Below, one piece after another: positions 58,158 through 64,000 of a stretch of DNA of 64,000 nt. Source of the DNA: a virus. The stretch lies in IMG/VR virus record IMGVR_UViG_3300026097_001210, positions 1 through 64,000 of that record. One strand, 5' to 3'. A program made the translations under genes and the position numbers. Position 1 is the stretch's first letter. Every line of letters begins with the position of its first letter. The notes below the pieces were generated by a model. The model saw nothing but the letters and a program-made list of their open reading frames with translations, did no database searches and was not told the origin of the DNA.

Positions 58158-58631
58158 TTATCCAGTAAATATTTCGAATGTTCCCGTGAGATGAAAATTA
58201 TCTGCGGTGCTTAGGGTAACAGGAACACTGTGTTCAAATGGAACATGCCTACCATTGGAGGCAATAGAAAAAAGCATTAGCTGATCAGAACCAGCAACAA
58301 CGTGTCCCAATATTGAATACTGATTACCACTTGAAACGTCATGCAAACAACCACCATTAAACAACATGTTATCTTGCACTTGAAAGGGTAAAACCATGTA
58401 GTACTGGCCTGATCCAAAATCAGTAATATTATCCATGTCTACATCAATAGTAAATTCGCACAACTCACCAATAACAATATATCTTCCAGTAAAAAGTGGA
58501 TCTCCGTTAAATTGAGGTTGGTCGTCAGCAATTATATTGCCAGACTCATCTTTGGTTCCACCGATGAGATTCCATTCACCGGTTTCCGTACCACCCCTTG
58601 CTGAAATTGCTGGGTGAGTAAACCTAGCCAT
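58158..58631 (-). CDS. Beta-rich fibre-head-like protein, paralog of 57690-58154
   Basis: MARFT, FGSGQYYMVLPF, GCLHD, DNFHLTGTF. Confidence 0.7.
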   Translation of the reverse strand: MARFTHPAISARGGTETGEWNLIGGTKDESGNIIADDQPQFNGDPLFTGRYIVIGELCEFTIDVDMDNITDFGSGQYYMVLPFQVQDNMLFNGGCLHDVSSGNQYSILGHVVAGSDQLMLFSIASNGRHVPFEHSVPVTLSTADNFHLTGTFEIFTG

Positions 58632-58912
58632 TACTGACCCTGTTCTAGATTAATCTTAAGAACAGACGCCACAGCTGGCGATTCGTTAGAGCAAATGTAA
58701 AGGTCGTCTTGACCGCTCAATTCAAATGATATAGCATGATTCGGAAGAATCCTGTAGCCATAGTCAGCTGTCGTGACGCCCTCTCCGCCAACATAAATAT
58801 TTGCAGAATCATTGACATTTTGGATTGTAATATCCATTCCAGAGTGTGTTCCGTTGGGGGTAATCTGTGTGGCCTCGCCATAGAGTAATGTATAAATATT
58901 GTGTGTAGTCAT
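58631..58912 (-). CDS. Small beta-sandwich virion-decoration-like protein
   Basis: ITIQN....IYVGG..VT...GY.I.P; leaderless TGTTAAAAT-N6-ATG on the minus strand. Confidence 0.65.
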   Translation of the reverse strand: MTTHNIYTLLYGEATQITPNGTHSGMDITIQNVNDSANIYVGGEGVTTADYGYRILPNHAISFELSGQDDLYICSNESPAVASVLKINLEQGQ

Positions 58913-58918
58913 GATACA

Positions 58919-58946
58919 ATTTTAACATATGTATTAATGATATAAT
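58919..58946. promoter_or_regulatory. Back-to-back divergent extended -10 promoters
   Basis: Minus strand TGTTAAAAT (58927-58919); plus strand TGATATAAT (58938-58946). Confidence 0.65.
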
Positions 58947-59008
58947 TAAAAATGTGAAGTACTGGAGATGGTTTATTAAAGAATTAAAAAAGTCTTTTTG
59001 GAGGAATC

Positions 59009-59800
59009 TTGAAAATTTATAACCCTGCCCCAAATCGTCCTGTCACAAGCCCATATGGGCCACGTAAGCACCCCATTACTGGCGAGGTCGGCAAGATGCA
59101 TCATGGAATCGACTACGGAGGAAGCTTCAACGTTCTAGCAGCTCAAGATGGCAAAGTTGTACACATTGGATGGTCTCCACGCGGTGGAGGCCACGTCGTA
59201 ATCTTAAAGCACGGTACTAGATTTTATACAGTATATTATCACGGTGCTCACAGAACACCACTTAAAAAAGGCGATCGCGTCAAGGCGGGAGATTTTATAT
59301 ATCGATCTGGAACAACTGGTGCTAGCACAGGCAACCACCTTCACTTCGAGGTTCGTACTCCAACAAGGGTTTGGGGGACTACACAAGATCCCGTTATCTA
59401 TATGACAGAAGAGAGTCCTGACAACAGGCCAGACCCAGACAAAGAAGACGTGTCTATTGTTCCAAGCATCGGTGGGCCAGAAAACTTTGCGGCTGGGCTC
59501 AAGGTAGATGGCAGATTGGGTCGTAGAACATGGAGAGCCTGGCAAGAGGTTCTTAAGGATAGATATGGATACCGAGGAATGGTTGACGGTAGGCCAGGAA
59601 AAATGACCTGGACAGCAGTACAGAAATCCACTGGCAAACACTACAAGGGTAGAATTGATGGAGTCACTGGTCCGCTGACCCGTAAAGCAGTTCAGCTTAA
59701 GCTAAAAGAAACGGGCCATTACGACATGGCTATCGATGGTATTTGGGGTAGAGGCACCATTGCGGCACTGCAAAGAGCATTAAATTCGGGTAGGTATTAA
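59009..59800 (+). CDS. Endolysin: M23 peptidase + peptidoglycan-binding repeats
   Basis: HHGID, YYH, STGNHLHFE; repeated VDG..G..T..A.Q units; SD GGAGG and TTG start. Confidence 0.9.
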   Translation: MKIYNPAPNRPVTSPYGPRKHPITGEVGKMHHGIDYGGSFNVLAAQDGKVVHIGWSPRGGGHVVILKHGTRFYTVYYHGAHRTPLKKGDRVKAGDFIYRSGTTGASTGNHLHFEVRTPTRVWGTTQDPVIYMTEESPDNRPDPDKEDVSIVPSIGGPENFAAGLKVDGRLGRRTWRAWQEVLKDRYGYRGMVDGRPGKMTWTAVQKSTGKHYKGRIDGVTGPLTRKAVQLKLKETGHYDMAIDGIWGRGTIAALQRALNSGRY

Positions 59801-60183
59801 TGTTTACAGCACTAATTACTTCTATGAGTAAGGCCATGAATGAGCGAACAAGAAGAAAAAGTAGACAGCGCAAGGCCGATGACAAAGCACTAACCGAAGG
59901 GCCAAGCTGGAGGTATCGTCGTAGACTTATTTATGGCGCATATTTTTTGGGATTTGGTATGGTGATCTTTGGCGCTGCTACCGTTTTTCTTGACAGCATG
60001 ATTGGTGTAGAGCTTATTATTGGCGGGGTAGCACTAGTGTCAATAATCATAACTGCCTATACGACTTCTGCCACATACGAAGATGTTAGGCTTTGGAATC
60101 ATACCCCCAGAATTCGTTTTGGACAAGGGCAGGGGCAAGAGCCCTTGCACAATTACGAAACAAACAACCCAGACGGAACTTGA
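59800..60183 (+). CDS. Two-TM membrane protein (holin-like)
   Basis: WRYRRR followed by two hydrophobic helices; coupled to the endolysin gene. Confidence 0.6.
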   Translation: MFTALITSMSKAMNERTRRKSRQRKADDKALTEGPSWRYRRRLIYGAYFLGFGMVIFGAATVFLDSMIGVELIIGGVALVSIIITAYTTSATYEDVRLWNHTPRIRFGQGQGQEPLHNYETNNPDGT

Positions 60184-60208
60184 CACAGATATAGATATAA
60201 GCTACAAT
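60180..60208 (+). promoter_or_regulatory. Promoter TTGACA-N17-TACAAT upstream of the holin
   Basis: Consensus -35/-10 with a 17-nt spacer. Confidence 0.65.
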
Positions 60209-60241
60209 CGTATAGTTAACAAAACGAAAGGAAGTTCATAA

Positions 60242-60487
60242 ATGATTATGACTGCTGATTTTTGGAAGACTTCTGGAGAGGCTGCCATTAAGGCTGCCGC
60301 TGCAGCTGCTCTTGCTGTAATTGGAACGGATCAGTTCCTTAGCGCAATGTCTGTTGACTGGACCCAGGTGGGTGGCGTAGCTCTGCTTGCGGGTGTTGTT
60401 TCGCTACTAACTTCAATTGTGGTTCCAGATGCTCAGACTCGTGCCGCTCGCCGTGAGGCTAAGCGTGTAGCTAATGAGGAAAAGTAA
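60242..60487 (+). CDS. Holin, r1t-like family
   Basis: FWK..E.AIK.AA..LA.IG...VDW....VA..A.VVSLLTSI. Confidence 0.8.
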   Translation: MIMTADFWKTSGEAAIKAAAAAALAVIGTDQFLSAMSVDWTQVGGVALLAGVVSLLTSIVVPDAQTRAARREAKRVANEEK

Positions 60488-60500
60488 TATATAATTAAAT

Positions 60501-60686
60501 ATGGCTGTTTATGAGTACTCCTGTGGGGTCTGCAATAAATCTGAAACCATTGTAAGATCTATTTCAGACCCCGAGGAGTCTTATTTTTGTAAGAGTTGTA
60601 ATAATAGTCTTAATAGGGTTTACTCTAAAGTTGGGGTAACTTTTAATGGCAGTGGGTTTTATACTACTGATAATCGAAAGGTTTAA
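60501..60686 (+). CDS. FmdB-family zinc-ribbon protein
   Basis: YEYSC..C, CKSC, RVYS..GVTFNGSGFYTTD. Confidence 0.85.
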   Translation: MAVYEYSCGVCNKSETIVRSISDPEESYFCKSCNNSLNRVYSKVGVTFNGSGFYTTDNRKV

Positions 60687-60688
60687 AT

Positions 60689-60931
60689 ATGACACAAACA
60701 GTTCAAAAAGAATATTCTCTTACCGCCAATGATAGGTGTGACAGATGTGGTGGTCAGGCTTTTGTTTCTGTTAAGGGAGTTTCTGGAGAGCTGATGTTTT
60801 GTGGGCATCACTATAAAAAGATTATTAATAATCCCGTTGCTAATGAAAAGCTTCAAAGCTTTGCTTACGAGGTTAACGATGAAACTGACAGGCTAAATCA
60901 ATACGAAAGAAATCGTATCTTAGAGGGGTAA
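60689..60931 (+). CDS. Small zinc-binding hypothetical protein of actinobacterial type
   Basis: LTANDRCDRCGGQA..GELMFCGHH. Confidence 0.7.
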   Translation: MTQTVQKEYSLTANDRCDRCGGQAFVSVKGVSGELMFCGHHYKKIINNPVANEKLQSFAYEVNDETDRLNQYERNRILEG

Positions 60932-60934
60932 TAT

Positions 60935-61354
60935 ATGGAGTATTTTGCAGGAGCATTTATAACCCTGTCTGTTGTTTTTGTTATGAATAAACTTATTTCT
61001 AAACAACTTGTCAAAGAAAAAAAGACCGTGGTCAGATATAGCCAAAGCCATGTTTATAAAATGTCAGAAGCTATTATGTTTGGGCCTAAAAATTCTCCAG
61101 TTCCCGATTCTCAATCAAAGAGATATCAAAATAATGTTTATTTAAAGATTGTTGTAGCTGAGGGAAGGGCCTATTGGATTAAAGATAATGCCTTTTATGT
61201 GGCAGATATTGTAGATGGAAGTGTTGACAAAGAAACAACGAAACAGGTTGACACAATGTCTATGGATAATGTAGAATTGAAAAAGATGTTAGTAATTGTA
61301 GAGACTTTAAGAGAGGGTGATGCAAATGATGGTAGGAATTCAGGCAAGCCGTAA
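60935..61354 (+). CDS. Hypothetical protein with an N-terminal TM anchor
   Basis: Hydrophobic N-terminus; AYWIKDN. Confidence 0.6.
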   Translation: MEYFAGAFITLSVVFVMNKLISKQLVKEKKTVVRYSQSHVYKMSEAIMFGPKNSPVPDSQSKRYQNNVYLKIVVAEGRAYWIKDNAFYVADIVDGSVDKETTKQVDTMSMDNVELKKMLVIVETLREGDANDGRNSGKP

Positions 61355-61676
61355 GTTTGATGACTACGCCGTGTTTCTACGCGCAATGGGCACCGCACTT
61401 TCTATGATGGAAGATGGTGAAAAATATTTCACTATCTGTTCTGCAGGACCAGCACGGCTTAACTCGATGGCTTTGGAGTTTGCTAATGTTTCTGAGAGAA
61501 GCCTAAAGGCTCGGGGCATTTATGTAAGAGTGCGAAAGGTACCACCTTACTGGATTAAAAATAACATTGCCGAATTGGGCTATTTTGCATACTTTAGCAA
61601 GCCAAAAGAGCCAGCCTCTGACCTTGTAGAGTGTGCCGAAGGCAACGATATAGAGGTAGGTGTTTATAGATTCTAA
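61326..61676 (+). CDS. Hypothetical protein, SLOG/YspA-like
   Basis: VGIQASRKFDDY resembles GSR.F.DY. Confidence 0.45.
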   Translation: MMVGIQASRKFDDYAVFLRAMGTALSMMEDGEKYFTICSAGPARLNSMALEFANVSERSLKARGIYVRVRKVPPYWIKNNIAELGYFAYFSKPKEPASDLVECAEGNDIEVGVYRF

Positions 61677-62035
61677 TGGGGCTTAGTAGAAGTGAAAAGT
61701 CCTACCTTTCTGTAGCACGTTACCTGGCTGAAAAATCAAAATCAAACAAAAGGCATGGTGCAGTAATAGTGAAGTCTGGAAGAGTAGTTGGTACTGGATA
61801 TAACAAAGACAGGAACAATCCTCTTTTTGTTTCTCCAGAACATATTAAAACCCACTGCTCTAGACACGCAGAAGTACAGGCAATTAGAGAAGCAAAACAC
61901 AACACAAACGGAGCCATATTGTATGTTGCGAGAGTCAACAGGCAGGGCGAAGATCGTAACAGCAAACCATGTACGCTGTGCGAAAAAGCAATCAATGAAT
62001 CAAATATCAAGAAAGTAATTTACACAAGGGGATAA
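61676..62035 (+). CDS. Zn-dependent CMP/dCMP-type deaminase
   Basis: HGAVIVK.G....GYN, HAE..AI, PCTLC, IKKVIY. Confidence 0.85.
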   Translation: MGLSRSEKSYLSVARYLAEKSKSNKRHGAVIVKSGRVVGTGYNKDRNNPLFVSPEHIKTHCSRHAEVQAIREAKHNTNGAILYVARVNRQGEDRNSKPCTLCEKAINESNIKKVIYTRG

Positions 62036-62039
62036 AACA

Positions 62040-62270
62040 ATGTATATTAAGTCATTAGAAGAGATGGAAAAAATTGTTGATTCTTTTAGGTTTTTGTATT
62101 GGGATGGTTGGGACGTAATTCAAACATTCCCCTCGGACAAAGCAAGGACATCAAAGCGCGGTATTTTTAAAAATGGCCGCTGGTATCTTCACAATAGATA
62201 TCGACCTGGCGCAAAGGGATGGAATATCCCAGACAAACTAATTAATAAGAAAGGCAAAAGTGAATCGTAA
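62040..62270 (+). CDS. Hypothetical protein
   Basis: LYWDGWDV, G.F.NG.W. Confidence 0.6.
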   Translation: MYIKSLEEMEKIVDSFRFLYWDGWDVIQTFPSDKARTSKRGIFKNGRWYLHNRYRPGAKGWNIPDKLINKKGKSES

Positions 62271-62550
62271 TGAATGGAAAGACGATGCTGCTTGCCTAGG
62301 CTATGACACAAATCTCTTTTTTGATAAGTATGAGGAAAGCGAAGAGTTTCGTCCAGGAATAGATAATCTTTGTGCTGGTTGCCCAGTGGCCAGACAATGT
62401 TTTGCTGTTGGGGTTTCTCAAAAAGAATGGGGAGTCTGGGGCGGTATCTATTTAGAAAATGGAAAAATCTCTAGAGAGTTTAATAGACATAGGTCTAAGC
62501 AAGACTGGGCAGATACATGGCAATATTTAACAATAGATCAAAGGAAATAG
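62260..62550 (+). CDS. whiB: WhiB-family Fe-S transcription factor
   Basis: W...AAC, LFF, C..CPV..QC, EWGVWGG. Confidence 0.9.
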   Translation: MNRNEWKDDAACLGYDTNLFFDKYEESEEFRPGIDNLCAGCPVARQCFAVGVSQKEWGVWGGIYLENGKISREFNRHRSKQDWADTWQYLTIDQRK

Positions 62551-62551
62551 T

Positions 62552-62791
62552 GTGTATACAGAAGAAATGGCTAAAGCTTTTAGATCTTTAGATCATTTTG
62601 CCCCCAAGGGCTTCGCATTAAAAATAGCAGATGAAGAACACTTCATTTCAGTTATTGCAGATGAAAAACAATTCAGTCAGCTAGTTGACTTTGATAAGCG
62701 TCGTGCTGTAGAATATATGGTACGTGTAAAAAAAGCACTAGAAGAAAATGGAGCAATCGTTCTATTGGTGAGAGAGGGAGGCCAAGAATAA
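62552..62791 (+). CDS. Hypothetical protein
   Basis: SD AAGGA and GTG start; closely packed. Confidence 0.6.
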   Translation: MYTEEMAKAFRSLDHFAPKGFALKIADEEHFISVIADEKQFSQLVDFDKRRAVEYMVRVKKALEENGAIVLLVREGGQE

Positions 62792-63018
62792 TGGCAAATA
62801 ATAAAAAAGAAGAAAACCTGGACTTGTCAGAGTCTCAGCAAAGGGTGGCAGAAGCGTTAGTATTTTCTGGTGTAAATTATGAGAGGGAGCGCTTGGTTAG
62901 CATTCTTGAGCCACACAGAGACAAGGCTATCAATGTTGACACCATGATTGATATTATCAACAACATCCCACCCAAGCAGCAGGAGCAGTCAGCTGCCAGC
63001 GAGGAAAGTAAAAAGTAA
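62791..63018 (+). CDS. Hypothetical protein
   Basis: TAATG coupling on both sides. Confidence 0.55.
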   Translation: MANNKKEENLDLSESQQRVAEALVFSGVNYERERLVSILEPHRDKAINVDTMIDIINNIPPKQQEQSAASEESKK

Positions 63019-63512
63019 TGCAAACCTTTCTGCCGCATAAAAACTTTGCTAAGACCGCTAGTGTTTTGGATAACAAAAGGCTTAACAAACAAATCTTGGA
63101 ATGCTATCAAGTTCTTAATGTTTTATCAAACAAAGATCCTAAAGCAGCCTGGAGAAACCATCCAGCCGTAAAGATGTGGCGGAACTACGAGTTTGGTCTT
63201 TATAATTATGTTCAAGCAATGATTGTAGAGGCCAACTCTCGTGGAATTAAAACAGACAAGAACGCTGAAAATATTCTTAACTTACGTTACAGGTTTGGCC
63301 TAGAGTGGAGTATGGGCAACCCAGACTGGATGTCTGACAAGCGGCTAATGAAGCGGGTAACTACAACACACAAGGCTAATCTTTTTAAAAAAGAGCCAGA
63401 GTCTTATCCACAATTTCTTAAAGCATTGACCAACAAAAACAACAAGCCCTGTTGCGATAAGTGTCAATATTTTTGGGTAACACATTGGGAGAGTAATAAT
63501 GGAAATATTTAA
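63018..63512 (+). CDS. Pyrimidine-dimer DNA glycosylase (DenV/endonuclease V-like)
   Basis: MQTFLP, LDNKRLNKQILECYQ, W.NHPAVKMW, H..NL..K. Confidence 0.82.
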   Translation: MQTFLPHKNFAKTASVLDNKRLNKQILECYQVLNVLSNKDPKAAWRNHPAVKMWRNYEFGLYNYVQAMIVEANSRGIKTDKNAENILNLRYRFGLEWSMGNPDWMSDKRLMKRVTTTHKANLFKKEPESYPQFLKALTNKNNKPCCDKCQYFWVTHWESNNGNI

Positions 63513-63918
63513 TCTTATTATCTTTATTGTTTTTATTTTGTTGCTTGCGCTTTTTGTTTTTGATTCAGTTAGGTTAAGAATTGTTAATCGTAACCTTTTT
63601 TCAAAATTGGTTCAGGCCGAGATTGATAAAAATACCCTGGCTGATAAGCTAAATAAAACTATTTTAGAGCATAGTGCAGAGAAAAGCGATGGCTTTTTGA
63701 GATTTGTTTCTGACTCAAGGGAGCAAGCGTTTAAGTATATTGAAGAGGTTCAGGATGCCATCAAGGTTTTTGACGAAGAAATTGGAACAACGGTAGAGCA
63801 TTACAAGAAAACTGGTAAATCGCCTACAAGAAAACAAACAGAGCTGCTTAAAAAGATTTCATTAGCTTATGATATTATTATGACGTTAATGCCAAAGGAC
63901 TCTGAAAAAGATGTATAA
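63499..63918 (+). CDS. Membrane-anchored coiled-coil hypothetical protein
   Basis: N-terminal TM; FLRFVSDSREQAFKYIEEVQ. Confidence 0.6.
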   Translation: MEIFNLIIFIVFILLLALFVFDSVRLRIVNRNLFSKLVQAEIDKNTLADKLNKTILEHSAEKSDGFLRFVSDSREQAFKYIEEVQDAIKVFDEEIGTTVEHYKKTGKSPTRKQTELLKKISLAYDIIMTLMPKDSEKDV

Positions 63919-64000
63919 ATACAATGCTAAAGTTTTAAGAGTGATTGACGGAGACACCGTAGATCTTGAAGTTGATTTAGGTTTTAAGGTTAGTTTTAAA
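63911..64000 (+). CDS. Thermonuclease (SNase-like), truncated by the window end
   Basis: MYKYNAKVLRVIDGDTVDLEVDLGF. Confidence 0.75.
   Translation, partial: MYKYNAKVLRVIDGDTVDLEVDLGFKVSFK

Noticed and set aside
57690-58912. Invertible (shufflon) or DGR-diversified fibre cassette
   Set aside because: No recombinase, reverse transcriptase, near-identical template repeat or flanking inverted repeats seen; the paralogs are highly diverged

Overview
A 64-kb segment of an AT-rich (roughly 38-40% GC by eye), apparently lytic, long-tailed dsDNA phage, almost entirely coded on the + strand. No integrase or repressor is visible. WhiB, a class Ib NrdIEF/NrdH system, ThyX, an r1t-type holin and many leaderless TGn-TAnnnT promoters point to an actinobacterial host. 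The gene order resembles large actinobacterial siphophages with DnaE, RecA and a Cas4-like nuclease (inference). Layout: (1) 0.08-4.3 kb, an accessory cassette of glycosyltransferase, sulfotransferase, APS kinase fused to an HxGH nucleotidyltransferase, DUF2061-like membrane protein and Gly-rich fibre protein; (2) 4.4-34 kb, virion genes (portal, protease/scaffold, capsid, connectors, major tail, two paralogous tail chaperones, 2900-aa tape measure, tail tip); (3) 34-46 kb, replication and recombination; (4) 46-57.7 kb, GMPR/IMPDH, terminase, RNR, a tRNA cluster with free-standing endonucleases, ThyX and NrdH; (5) 57.7-64 kb, an inverted three-gene cassette, lysis genes and small accessory genes. 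Most notable: a self-contained glycan-sulfation module with a candidate minimal PAPS synthase, gated by an RBS-sequestering hairpin that has a promoter inside it; a tRNA-Ile(UAU)-like RNA whose D-loop lies 3' of the anticodon arm; and tail chaperones G and GT encoded by duplicated genes instead of a frameshift. All calls come from reading motifs by eye; no searches were run.
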